From Takakia lepidozioides (Eukaryota > Plantae > Bryophyta), in contig CM060732.1 in the NCBI GenBank assembly GCA_030704615.1, positions 18,786,001 to 18,850,000 on the forward strand: DNA of 64,000 bases, written 5' to 3'. Shown in pieces: positions 51,770 to 64,000 of the stretch (position 1 is the first letter of the stretch; each line of letters begins with the position of its first letter). The notes beneath the pieces are model-generated. The model had not been told where the DNA came from. It saw only the letters and a program-made list of their open reading frames with translations, and did not search any database. Position numbers and translations under genes: made by a program.

Positions 51770-52035
51770 TCTGCCGCTGCAGCTACTACCTTTACTTGAC
51801 CATCTACCCATGCAACAGGTTTCTTGTAGCTATTGATCCACATGGAATCATAGGTAATCTGGAGCTTGAAATCCAGCCCTCTTGGATGAATCTGGACCCA
51901 CACTCTATCCCTGCCCCTTCAGCTATCCATACCTCTGCAAAAATCATGCATGCATCATTGTCTTGCTGCTAGCAGCTGACAATGACAGCCTAGAATTGTT
52001 CCAGCAAACACCCCAACCCTACTTATCACACTAGT
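51770..52035 (+). repeat. Dispersed repeat family R
   Basis: Closely similar to 60740-60910 and 61632-61803, and inverted at 44058-44460. Confidence 0.8.
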
Positions 52036-52439
52036 TCAAAGTCACTCCAAACCACCACAGATCCATCCAATGAGCTAACTTACAGAATTCAATATGCATC
52101 TCAGGGCCAAGTCTGATGAGGGGGCAAAACAGGTTGCAACAGGTCAAAGAAGAAGGTGCCCTCACCACATTGTCCTTGACCCATGGAGGATTTGACCGAG
52201 CATCAACCCAAAATGACCTCTTGTGTGTGATGTTTGTGTCTGTAGTCAATGTTGGATTGGTCTGTGAGAACCACCACGGTGCAGCTGAGCAGACACAAAT
52301 TGAAACACGGCCTACTAAGACCAAGCTGACTCTCCCAAGAACCTTGTAAACATCATGAAGAACACCAAATCATGGTACTAACAGGAGCCAAGAGCCCACC
52401 TTTACAGGATGGACAAACTTCTTCACATCGTACATTAAG

Positions 52440-53068
52440 AAAAGCCACACCTTGTGATTGCGGTTGTCCCACCATCGTGAAGGATCTTTATGAGGAACCC
52501 ACACGGTGCTGTATCTGCACCTTGTTTCAGCGGCAGATTTTTTACTCCCACATTTGCTCACGCCACAACGCAGACATTTTGGTTCTGTAGGCACGACATA
52601 ATGACCTGTGTATTTGGCAAGCCCAAGTACGGGATTCAGGGAATGCCGGAGCCTCCGGGCGTCTGGCCTGTTGCACCGGGTTGAAACCTCTCTCAGAATG
52701 AGGCGGATGCTCTATCTGCAGCAGGATGTCGAATGGTGCAACGCACAGACATCCCGACCCACGCATTTCCGGTTTCTCAGATCCAGCCATTGCAGACTGC
52801 TCGGTCCAGTAGAGACGGATTGGACAATTCTGCACATCCCACAATGCGATTCGGAAGAGTGAAGAGACGACACCCTCCCAACAAGTTGAATGAGACTCGG
52901 ATTGCCAATGCTCTTGGGATGGCTTGCACTATTCAGAGCTCCGTGGACGTACCCCCACCCGGCCTTGGGCGTGTGTATCGGATGGCAACGGCCGGCTCGG
53001 CTGTACGCGACGATGTATACACAATTACGATTAGAGTGGAGCCGACTTGCAATTGTACGGACTTCTCG
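52440..53068 (+). pseudogene. Third, more divergent MULE transposase C-terminal fragment, truncated inside SWIM
   Basis: SAPCFSG..FWFCRHD..PPGVWPVAPG..VPPPGLGRVY..DVYTITI..CNCTDF aligns with 26835-27710. It ends at the junction with the RT of Gypsy B. Confidence 0.8.
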
Positions 53069-54089
53069 GATGATGTCATCTATGTAGCACCGAGCAAAGT
53101 CCACCCCTGCTAGAATCCTATCCATGACTCTCTGAAACTCTGCAGGAGCATTCTTAAGCCCAAATGGTAAGAACCGCCATTGATATAGGCAATCCTTGCC
53201 GTGCTCATTGATCCCCCAGAATGCCGTCTTCTGCTTGTCCGCCTCCTTGATTGGCAGCTGGTGATATCCGGATCGTAAATCCAAAGTGCTAAAGGCCTTA
53301 GCATGCCCGATGGCATCAAAGATCTCCTCTGGTGTTGGCATGACATACTTATCGAACTTGGTCTGACGATTTACAGGCCGGTAATCACCGCACATACGTC
53401 TCTCCGTCCAATTGCCATAGACATCCTTCTTGGCTGGCATCACTGTGGCTGAAGCATACTCTCCACCAGAGAGCTCCACCAAACCTGCCTCCCAGAGATT
53501 TTGAGTCCTCATCTGAATCAAAGACCTCTCCATGTCACTGTATCTATAGGGTCTCCGAAAGATTGACGTGTCAGTGGCCACCTCAATACGGATCTCTTCA
53601 CCCTTCAGTGCTCCCAAGTCCTTCAAACTGAAGGCAAAGCAATTCCTGTAAGCCCTCAGGAACCGCCGTATACGTCGTCTCTCTCCTCCGGTGACAATGG
53701 GTCCAATGTCAGGCTCCCAATTGTCCTCCGTAACTGCAACCTTAAGTCCAGTGGGCTTAGAGGTAGAGGACGCGTCCAGTGGTTGCTATGTTGCAACCTC
53801 TTGAGCAGTACTCCCTGCCTGCTCAGTCAATGACAAGGCCTCATCCTGCCCCATCATCTCATCCTTGAGGACCTCCTCAACCCGAGAAGAATCCCCAACC
53901 TCATCCATCACAGCCGCCTTGGCTGCCAACTCCCTCTGAACCTCGAGCACCTCCCACGTGTGCCATGGATGCATGCACCCCGTGGTCCTCACATGCTCGC
54001 CCCCACTCACTGCCTGTACCGTCTCGGTAGGCAGAGAGACCATTGAGGGAAGTGTACTCCGCACTCTGCGTTGCTCAGCCAGAGCCAAG

Positions 54090-54890
54090 CTGATAATCCA
54101 GGTCAAGCAATTGAGATCCATTGCTTGCCCCAACACTTGACGACGTGATGCCTCAGAAAGAGACGACACCGCCGTGGTACCAGTGGTAAAACCCATTGCC
54201 CGCTCACGCTCATCAGCATTAGGCTCCACTAACTGCTGCAACTGAGCATCCCACAAGAGGCCAGGTCCACTGTGAGATGTGCTGGCCGCTGCACCCCATC
54301 AAATGCACGCTTGAGCAGTGCGGGTGGCATCAAGTTAGTCCACCATAGCCGTGGACGATGAGCCCGTGACCCCACTATAGCTGCATCTAGCAACACTGCT
54401 GACCCAAGCCACGACCGGGCTTGATGCACACTGGCCATCACCCTGGCTCGAGAATCGCCCATCAGTGGCACATTCTCCAAGACGTATGCTGGAGATACAG
54501 CTTGATGAAGCTGCAAGTGGCGCAAAACCCGCACCATCTCCCAAAACAAACTTGACCTCGAGTTTCGCAATCCATTGCCATGCCCGGCTGATGAATGCCC
54601 TTGGCAAAGCCAACCTGCCACTACCAGATCAATGGAGCCAACCCGCTCCAAATCCTGCGCCCCCAGCAACGAAATGTCTGCTGGCAAGGCCTGCTGATAT
54701 CCACGAATTGCAAACACCGACAACAACTCAGGGTACCGCTGCACCAACTGAGCAACATGGCGAAGTGAAACGCGTCGTGCAGTCTTATCCCTTTCCACAT
54801 ACAGGTAACCCCGAACTCGTACACCTGCTTATAACACAGCAGCCAATCCGGTGCTGATCCCGCCAAACAAGTCCAGAAGACAAATGCCTT
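54090..54890 (-). pseudogene. DNMT3-like C5-cytosine DNA methyltransferase domain within the Gypsy B polyprotein
   Basis: Motif I LLDLFGGISTG, II YVERD, IV DLVVAGWLCQGHS, SSLFWE, VI YVLENV, VIII AHRPRLWWTN, IX ERERAMGFTTGTT, X RRQVLGQAMDL. In frame with the protease; one TAA at 54829 and a frameshift near 54265. Confidence 0.93.
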
Positions 54891-57800
54891 CATCCAGATA
54901 CTGCCACACAATAGGTGTGGTGTCCAATGGAGACAATTGAGGTGGTCTTGGTGCAATCCCCGCACTCTCCTCCTCTCCTGACGGTACAAAAGCCTCCACC
55001 CAGGCTTGTTGCACCCGTCGATCAGCATCCCGCTGCAAATCCTTGCTCGTGCCCCACAATGGAGTCTGAGCAACCATGGTAGGCAACTCCGCCATACCAT
55101 ACATGTCATCCTGCTCTCCCGGAGGTGGTACATCCTCTGAATGAGCATTGCCCTCAAGCAACTTTCTAGGCCAACTTACTGCCGCTGTGAATGCTGCTAG
55201 TGTCGGCATCTTGCCTCGCTGGGCAACCGCAACTCCTCCTATGAACGTCACAGGGAGCTGCACACGCCGGCCCTCCCCTGACTGCCATGCAGGCCTATAG
55301 GAAGCCGACTCCTCCCAAAAATCCAGGGTGAAGCCCATGGGGTACAACACTGCCCCACCAACCAGGACATCGTATGAGACTGCGTCTGTCACAATGGACT
55401 TGGCTCGCATCACTGAGCCATCTGTAGGGTGATCCGGCCGTAGTCTGATAGCCAACTCACGCCGTGTCATGCCCCGAGTCTGCTCCGATCCTCCCAGAGA
55501 CATATGTATCTGGAAAGGACAAGGCTCCATATCCGCCTCAGTGAGGCCCAAGCTTGCAATAGCAGCTCTGCCCAGCATCAATGGCTGAGCTCCCGAGTCC
55601 AACAAGACCCGCAGTGGCCGGTACCTCTTGCCTGCCGGTCCACTCAAACAGAAAATGCCATCCTGGTTGTCTAACATGACAACTCCAGGTGTCACCATGG
55701 CCCGCTCAATGGCTGGCCTAGCTAGCAGCTCCATCAACCTGGCAGCTGCAGCTTGCCATGGCGCCGCCGTGGCAGTCTTGACCCTCAAATCCGAGGATCC
55801 CTCCGGCACTACACCTCCTACTATCTCCGCAGAAGATGAAGTAACCTCCCCACTCTCACAGAGTGTAGCTGCCAGCCTGAACACCTGAGCTGGTTTTACC
55901 CCCAGCGTCGCAATCATGGTAGCTGAGAACAATGGAGCCTGGCACACAGATGTGGCCGCTCCTAGCAGCACACTAGCTGCCGCAGCCTTGGCAACACTAG
56001 GTAGTGGTGCTACCCGTGTAGCTCTCCCCAATGGCATAGTAACCTCCGCCTCGGTAATCGTCGGGCAAGAACTAGGTGCCATGGATGGCGTCGACACTGT
56101 CTCCGCCAATGTGAATGACTGAGGAAGCCTAGCCTGACAGCTTGCCTCCCCACGTTGTGGATCCAACTCCACCTCTGCACCTCGTGGCTCAGGAACTCGT
56201 GCTGCTCCTCGAGTCACGGCTGCAGCAGACTCTACCTGCACTAGTGGTAGTGCTGCTCCACACATGAATCCCATGCCTCCCATATCTCCTCCCTTAGGAG
56301 CAGGAGGTGGACCATCCGGCCTTAGAGCCGGTACCACCTGAGCTGTAGCCATGGCAGCGAGCCTCTGCTCTAGCTGCTGAAGCCGGTTGGCCATGCCTTG
56401 GTCAACACCCTGACCTCCGTGTCCTTGGCCACGTTGAGCTTGCCCTTGGCCTGCACCTCGTGGCTGGCCACCTCGTCCTCTCTGGGCTGCTCCACCTCGC
56501 CCCCGGCCACCATTGTTCCCTTGGAACTGGCCTGGGCGCAACTCAAGATGCAAACCATAACACTGGGCCTCTCCATGCCCGTGCTTGCCACAATGCCCAC
56601 ACTGCAACTGTGCAGGCTGTGCATGTGCCGACCCTTTGCCTCCCTCTGGGCAATCCTTCTTGACATGGGGTCCTCCACATGTCTAGCACACCACCTCCGC
56701 CCGTTGTTGGTCAGCAAATGAAGGGAGAGACCCCTGCATCTAAGGTCCTCTCTGCCCTTCCCTGAGCTTCACCTGAGCCCCCTTGTTGCCTTGAGCACGT
56801 TGAGGTAGTGGTTGGCTAGGAGCACCACTACCCCGTGGTGTCTCCTTAGCAAATCCCACCATGACCACTCGTTCCTCCACCATGTTGAGCTCTATCCGCT
56901 CTGCCAGCAAAAACACATTTGCTAAGGTGGGTTGGGCCGCTTGTAGGAGAGTTGCATCCCGCACCCTTCTCCTCAGCTCCTTGTCCAATATCCCATACCA
57001 GAATTGGACTGCCTGAGCTTCCGTAACCCCTTGGGTTACATTTATCAAGCGCCTCATGCGAGTGAAAGCCTCCCTCAAGCTCTCGATCGGCTTCCGTTGG
57101 AACTCTTGCAAGCTCCGCAACTTCTCTGTCCTCACCCCTTGGTAGTTCCCTCTCAACTCTTCGAAGAACTCCACAACAGGGTTGAAGGCAGGCACGGGTG
57201 CTAGTGCTGGTCCGGTAGTGGCTTGGGTGGACGTCATAGCTACTGTATCACCAGTCCCACTAGTTCCATTGCTACTTGCTGAAGCTGCCGGTGCAGCGGC
57301 AGGTGTAGCCACTGCCCTCGTGGCTCTAGTGCCCCTAGTGATGGAGACATAGTCGGGTGACCAGTACATCCTCCACTCCTCAATCTCAACCTCATGCCCC
57401 CGCCTGAACTCATGGTAATCATCCATAGGCGGCCCCTCAAGGTGCTGAAACAGCCCTTTCCATGCCATGAACGGCGTAAATAAATGTGGATTGCGCATTT
57501 GCTGCAAATCACACCAACTATCAAACTCTTGGATAAAATCATCCAACTCGATGGTGCCCACCGCCCCAGAGTACCTTCGTGGCCCCTTGGTAGCTCCATA
57601 CATCTCCTCCATTGTGTCCCACAACAATGACAAAGAAACAACTTGCACCGCCGGTATGAGTCCTCCTGATTCACAATCCGAATCAGAACCTTCCGTAGAA
57701 GACACAGGAGGTGAAGGTGGCCTAAACCGCACACCTCGTCTCGTGTACCCACTAGTATCGCTAGTGCTCGAACCGGCCTTGTCCCCAGCAACTAGTGGCA

Positions 57801-58479
57801 CCTCCGTGTTGACACTCAACCGGTCATGAACATGTCCCTAACCCCCTCTCCACAAGGTAACCGGGTAGAGAACATGTTGCGGCTTATGGTTTGGAATACT
57901 AAGTTCCTAACATAGCCTACACCTGTACCTGCATCCACCGCAAGCACTCCTATGGTTGGCTGGTCATCACCTCCAACCTTACCACAGGAGAAACAATGAT
58001 GGTCTGGCTGGTCATCACCCCAGCCTCACCATCGACAGCATGCTCTAGGACTGGCCGGTGATCAAATCCGGACCAATCACCTATAAAAACAAGCGCCCAC
58101 ACAAAACTAGCATGGCGCACAGTCAAGCATGCAGGTATGGAGGGGATCCAAACACAAGAAATCATAACGACAACTCCCCCACACCAAAAACAACTCCACG
58201 GTGTTGCTCCTGCAAGGGCACCCCAGCCCAAACCCGGACTGACTCTTGCCTCCACCTACGGAAAGATCTTGGCCTAATGAGAGGGTGGAAACTACGAGGA
58301 AGAGAAGCTAAAGCAATGCCTAACCCCAGCATGCCCTCATCCCAATACTCTTCCTCTCCTCTCTTCCCTCACTTGCATGACCATGGGAATATCATGAAGA
58401 TACTCCTCAAACCGCCCTCCACGAGCTTCAAAATTCGGCCTTCAAGACCACATGTAAGTCCTTAGGCAGTCCACCAGTG

Positions 58480-59612
58480 CCTCCACGAGTCAGCACAGGC
58501 CGTCCACAGGTCAACACGGGCCACCACAGACCAGCACAGGCCCACACAGCTCACTGGTCACAGCCGTCACAGCCGTCACAGCCCATCACAACCCCAAAGG
58601 CCAAAGGCACAGCCTGTCACAGCCCTACAAAGGTCATAGGGTCACAGCCCCAAAGGCCACAACCTATCACAGCCCCTCACAGCCCCATAGGCCACAGGGC
58701 ACAGCCTGTCACAGCCTGTCACAGCCTGTCACAGCCCGACACAGGTCACAGGGGTCACAGCCCCAAAGGCCACAGCCCCTCATAGCCCGTCACAGCCCCA
58801 CAGGCCACTGGGCACAGCTGTCACAGCCCGCCACAGCCTGTCATAGCCCCTCACAGCCCCTCACAGCCCCACAAGCCACAGGGCACAGCCTGTCACAGCC
58901 CCTTATAGCCCGTCACAGCCCCACAGGCCACAGCCTGTCACAGCCCCTCAGGCCCGTCTCAGCCCCTCATAGCCCGTCACAGCCCCCAGGCCACAGGGCA
59001 CAGCCTGTCAAGCCCTCACAGCCCGTCACAGCCCGCCACAGCCCGCCACAGCCTATCACAGCCTCATAGCCCGTCACAGCCCGTCACAAACCCCACAGGC
59101 CACAGGGCACAGCCTATCACAGCCCGCCACAGCCCATCACAGCTCGCCACAACCTGTCACATCCCGTCACAGCCCCTCACAGCCCATCACAGCCCCACAG
59201 GCCACTGGGCACAGCCTGTCACAGCCCATCACAGCTCGCCACAGCCCGTCACAGCCCGTCACAGCCCGTCACAGCCCCAAAGGCCTCAGGCACGGCCTGT
59301 CACAGCCCATCACAGCCCCACAGGCCACTGGGCACAGCCTTCACAGCCCCTCACAGCCCCAAAGGCCTCAGGCACGGCCTGACACAGCCCCTCACAGCCC
59401 GTCACAGCCCCAAAGGCCTCAGGCACGGCCTGTCACAGCCCCTCACAGCCCCAAAGGCCACGGGCACAGTCTGTCACAGCCCCTCACAGCCCCTCACAGC
59501 CCCACAGGCCACTGGGCACAGCCTGTCACAGCCCCGCACAGCCCGTCACAGCCCCACAGGCCACTGGGCACAGCCTGTCACAGCCCATCACAGCTCGCCA
59601 CAGCCCCTCACA
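58480..59612. repeat. Minisatellite of ~10-bp CACAGCCC(G/C/A)T units in the presumed 5' leader of Gypsy B
   Basis: About 1.1 kb of cacagcccgt/cacagcctgt/cacaggccac variants with higher-order blocks. Confidence 0.92.
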
Positions 59613-60739
59613 TAAGGGAAGTCAGCCCTTCCCTCTTCCTTGCTTGCCCTCCAAGCTTGAAGATAGAAGCTTCAATGAGCTGAATACATGCTCCACATAT
59701 GCAACCTCTTCACACACGAGATATCAGCCCCCTATCTTGGCTCCTTGGCTCCTTGATGCTCTCTAAGACAAGACTAAGCACTCCACAGCCTTTGCCAAGC
59801 TCCTGAAACCCTAAGGCTTACATTTCCAGCCACAAGACACTTCTCTTGTGGTGCAAGAGCTCTTCTTCCAAGCTCTGAAACCCTAGGTGCACATTCCATG
59901 GCCTTGCCGCACCTCTTAGCTCCTGTTCCAGCCCTGCTCTTGCCATGACAAGAGCCCTCTCAATGCTGAAGCTTGAGATTGAAACCCAATCTCACCATAC
60001 TCCACAAAGTGCACTGATTTGCCCCAAGCCAAATCAGCCCTTTCGCTTGGTCTTGCAATCATTCACACAATGAAAGCTCGCATTCCCAAGTCCAGTTCTC
60101 AGCTTTGCCACTAAAGCCACTATAACCTGCTCTTGACTGGTCCTCTTCCAATCGTGCTTGCTCATGCATGTACACAATCTGAAACCATCAAGGTGCTCTG
60201 GAATTACCTGTAGCATGGTGCTTTCATCTCTGAAGCTGAAGATCGAATGCCAAGGTCTACCACCTCGTAACCCACATCGCCTCCGCTTCTAACAACCAAG
60301 AGCTCCACGGTGCTCCTTGCATAACAACTTGGTTTCTCTCATTCTCAACAAAAACCACAAGTGCTACAACTAACTTGTATCTGGCACTCACAGATACGAG
60401 CTGATCTTTCTCGAGTGATAAAGAAGAAGAATACAAGCACGAGCTCACAAATCTGAAGCATAAACTCATGCATATATAACCTCATCACTCAAATACAAGT
60501 CAAGCCAAGTGCACCCCACGCCATGGGGAATCCACACTACGGCGCCATAGCTAGGCGCGGTGAGGCTCAACTCGAGAAAGATGAGCTCTTCCGCGCTTGC
60601 CGTGAAGATAACCACTCCAGGGCCTAAATCTGCCTTGACCCCTTGATTGACACTTGGGCCAATCCCAAATGTCAATATGTAAAAGCTAGCTATTTCCTAG
60701 CTAGTTTCACACTAGTGGTAAAATAACTTGACAGTGTCG

Positions 60740-61803
60740 CTGCTGCTGCGGCATGACAGTTGACCATCTACCCATGCAGGTTTCTTGTAGCTATTGATCT
60801 ACAGGAAATCATAAGTAATCTTGTGCTTGAAATCTGGCCCCTTTTGGATGAATCTAGATCTACTCTCTATCCCTGCTCTTTCAGCTATCTCTGTTTCTGC
60901 ACAAATCATGCACACATCAGGGAGCTAATGATAGGGGAGGAGGGCATGGCAATTCGAACCAGGGTAGGGAAGCTCAAATATTGTGCTCATGAGGATATGG
61001 CAAAGGGTGGATCCTCAACTAAAAACTTGCTGGCCTTTGTGGAGGATCTCAAGTCTCAGATTGTGCAGACCAAGCCTTTGCAGGAAGAATGATTGATTGT
61101 TGACACTGTCTCTTGCATGCCCTAAGATCTGAAAATCAAGTTGAAAAAGTAAACCACGTGACTCTGTTCAACCCATCTGCTGAAGGCCTTAAGAGACATT
61201 TAGGGCTGGTTCTGATAAGAGAAAAAATAGGGTGAAATGTGTTGAAGAAGGTGCCTTGAGTAGCAGTGCCTGAATTTTATCAATTGTGCCGCCGCTTCTT
61301 CTCTCATTCCACAGGGATTCATAGGTACTATTAATGTGCTGGGTCAGTGAAAAAATAGTTTTTTTTTTTACTTCTTATTATCCACATATATATTGTTGTA
61401 TAATTTACTGCTGCCTGCAACCCCGATTTCAACGCGACTGCCATAACATTCAAGGCCACCACGTCCTTAGAGCCCCAAACCTGCCAAAGGAACTTACAAC
61501 CTAGCTCAATAATCCACAAGATCAAAAGATAGGGTATGGTTTGTATGCAGGCCTCACGAAACAGGCCAGACAGGTTGAGCTGCGCATCGACCGCAGAATG
61601 ACAAAGGCCAAAACATAGGTTGTAGCATGCCAATCTGGAGCTTGAAATCCGGCCCTCTTGGATGAATCTGGACCCACACTCTATCCCTGCTCCTTCGGCT
61701 ATCCATACCTCTGCACAAATCATGCATAGTACCTCCTTGCTTTGCTGCTAGCAGCTGACACCTAGATTTGTTCCAACAAACACCCTACTTCTCACACTAG
61801 TTC
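60740..61803 (+). repeat. Two further copies of repeat family R plus a block related to 63274-63556
   Basis: 60740-60910 and 61632-61803 match 51770-52035. 61408-61633 matches 63274-63556, partly inverted. Confidence 0.75.
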
Positions 61804-61939
61804 CTATGCTGACTTGCGCTTCCAACAGGCATTCACCTTTTTGCACCAACGTCGAGCTAACTATTCAACCTGAAAATTTAGGGATGACTCTGAATCCTGA
61901 TAATAGGGAAAACAAGCTGAAATGTGTTGAAGAAGGTGC

Positions 61940-62075
61940 TCATATGTCTGCAAAGCCTCCATCCCGCGCCCTTGTTGTGCATATCCTGCAATCATCGCAC
62001 TCCACGACACCACATCTCGTTCAGCCATACTGTTGAACACTCCCTGCTGTCTCCGCTCTAAAGCTCCCATATAGC
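61940..62075 (-). pseudogene. Fragment of a PLS-class pentatricopeptide repeat gene (about one repeat)
   Basis: VFNSMAERDVVSWSAMIAGYAQQGRGMEALQTY matches the S-P junction consensus (VFDxMxERDVVSWxAMIxGYAQxG...EAL). No flanking ORF. Confidence 0.8.
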
Positions 62076-62404
62076 ACACGTCGCACGACAATGGCCGACA
62101 CAACAAGAGCAAACATACAGGTCGATCCCACAAACAGTACACTCGCTGCGCGACACTTCTCTCTCTCTATTCTCTCCTCCCCCCGCCCACCCGCTCTCTC
62201 ATGTGCACACAGCAAGATACTAGTATTTTAGAAACCGCTTATCCTGGTTCGCGAACCTTAAGAAAACACATATGGTGGCACTAAGACAAACAAACGCTAA
62301 GTCCCTAATCCTGCGCTCTCGAACCACGCCGACCCCAAAAAAACAATAAGTCCCAGCCAGGCTACACACTGCGACCTAGCAACCTTAAACTCGAGCCAAA
62401 TGCA

Positions 62405-62520
62405 TTTTCATTCGTTCAGACGTTCATACAATAGTTGCCAGCAAGGCGTTTTCTTTATCGTTTGTTCATACGTTCATCCAATAGTTGCCAGCAAGGCGTT
62501 TGTTTATCATTCGTTCATAT
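62405..62520. repeat. Short tandem duplication (~53-bp unit)
   Basis: acgttcat(a/c)caatagttgccagcaaggcgttt occurs twice. Confidence 0.8.
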
Positions 62521-64000
62521 AATTCAGTTGTTTTGTTTCACTAACCTTAACCAGCACACGATTAGTTTCACAGCGTAATAACCCACAGGTCTCCTCAGCT
62601 CATACGCGTGCCATTGCTTAACTGGTTGTCTCAGTCAGCTCATTTTAGGTAGTCAAAGTCTCTCACTACAGTCAAAATTTTCGCGGTTGTCTAGCACCTC
62701 GAATATTTTAATATAAATTTTGACTGCAAAATGGTTGGAACAGTCAAAAGTGACAACAGTCAACGCCAGTGTCAAACTAAATCGTCGAAATTACATAGGG
62801 TGTGTTGTAGTGTCTCTCTTGCAGCGGGAAACACTGCTGTGAATGCAGTGGCATCTTCCCTCCTCTGGCTTTTAAGTTTAGCAAGGGCATTTGTGCTGGG
62901 AAGTCTCTCTCCCTCCTTTCTGGTGCCTTGCGTTTTTGCCTGTTTTGCTTCATTGCTCATGTGATTTGTGGAGGCGGCTTGCTGTGGGTGGTGATGGCGC
63001 ATAACCCTCTTCCCCAATTGCTTAAGGTGCCTTTGGAGTTTAGGGATCCTCATGTTCTTATCTTCTTCTCTTGCTTTTGATTTCTTTGTTGACATCGATG
63101 ACAAGTGTGAGGGTCTGTGATTCACTTGGGGTTCCACAATCCTCACTAATCTGTTGATTTTGTGGGGGCTTGTGATGGGAGTAGGTGAGGATCCTCACCT
63201 ACTTTGAAATTTCTTGAGCATGCAGTTGGGATATGGGCTGAGGAGACATGTTAGTTATTGCGCTTTGAGGTGGCTGCTGCCTGCAGCCCCGATTTCAACC
63301 CGACTACTCCTAGTTTGGCATGCTACAGCCTATGTTTGGCTTTTGTCGTTCTGCCGTCGATGGGCAGCTCGACCTGTCTGGCCTGTTTCCTAAGGCCTGC
63401 ATACAAACCATACCCTATCTTTTGATCTTTGACAGCAGGGCCTGTGGATTATTGAGCTACGTTGTAAGTTCTTTGGGCCATAGAGGATCTGGTTTTATGG
63501 GGGCTGCTTCGGTAGGTTTGGGGCTCTAAGGACATGGTGGCCTTGAATGTTATGGCGGCAGCCTGATAAGGAACCGAACTGCTCCTTTTTGGGCCTGTTT
63601 CTGGTGTGTGATAGATCATAATGAGGTGTTCTTTGCAATCTTTAGCATGGATCTCGTAAGCTGTAATGGAATCCTACCTATAGTTTTGGCCTTGTCATGA
63701 CATCAGGCCTATGACCTGCAATCTGAGTTTTCAAGATGCTTGTGTGTACATGTCTTGAATTTGCAATATGACAGGCTGATCTTACATTCCCTTGACGCCT
63801 TGTATGATTACACGTCTTGGGGTGATTACAAATGGTATGGAATCTGTTTTATCATGCCCAAGTGGATTGCTTGGAGGCATGTCCTGATTCTGAAATATTG
63901 CAGGTTGGTCCTTATGCTTTGCTTGATGCATGACCTATGCTGATAAGGTAAGGTGTTGCAATCAGTGATTCTGACTTTGTCATGACACCAGGCTCGTAAC

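Larger units (their letters stand above)
53068..60674 (-). mobile_element. Ty3/Gypsy retrotransposon B (gag - CCHC - protease - DNMT - RT), 3'-truncated
   Basis: gag 57819-56740 (QKPIESLREAF-like MHR), CCHC knuckles, protease VLLDSGAQ..DVLVG, DNMT domain, and RT RRPYR..RMCGDYRPVN..LDLRSGYHQ..PFGLKNAPAEFQR..YIDDII, then cut off. The 5' boundary (TG at 60674, TATA ~60475) is tentative. Confidence 0.88.

Noticed and set aside
52712-53626. ORF 52712-53626 as a complete 304-aa RT protein
   Set aside because: It is a chimera: RT ends at YIDDII (~53068), and the rest is the antisense of a MULE SWIM fragment.
54090-54890. Host DNMT3/DRM gene
   Set aside because: It is intronless, in frame with a retroviral-type protease, and directly followed by RT. 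The motif order is unpermuted, so it is not DRM.
60240-60550. Primer-binding site of Gypsy B (TGGTAGACC at ~60261 or TGGCGCCGT at ~60547, minus strand)
   Set aside because: Neither follows a clean CA LTR end or clearly matches a tRNA 3' end, and no second LTR is available for comparison.

Overview
Eukaryotic DNA, most likely from a land plant (GT-AG introns, an RSS3-like bHLH-MYC N-terminal gene, a PLS-type PPR fragment); a non-flowering lineage is an inference. One intact 7-exon host gene (3594-7351, +) is followed by about 50 kb of nested, decayed transposons. These are a foldback element, two Ty3/Gypsy retrotransposons, Mutator-like elements (GCM-like + DDE + SWIM transposase, 9-bp TSDs), a P-element-like transposon (16-bp TIR, 8-bp TSD) and a CACTA fragment. 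Two things stand out. (1) One Gypsy polyprotein carries a DNMT3-like C5-cytosine methyltransferase between protease and RT. (2) An intron-containing gene for a ParB/Srx-like domain and a beta-class N6A/N4C DNA methyltransferase appears to have been one fusion gene, split by a ~3.8-kb inversion. Its introns are full of 24-bp dyad sites that also form arrays in a non-autonomous MULE. All domain calls come from motif recognition by eye; no database searches were run.
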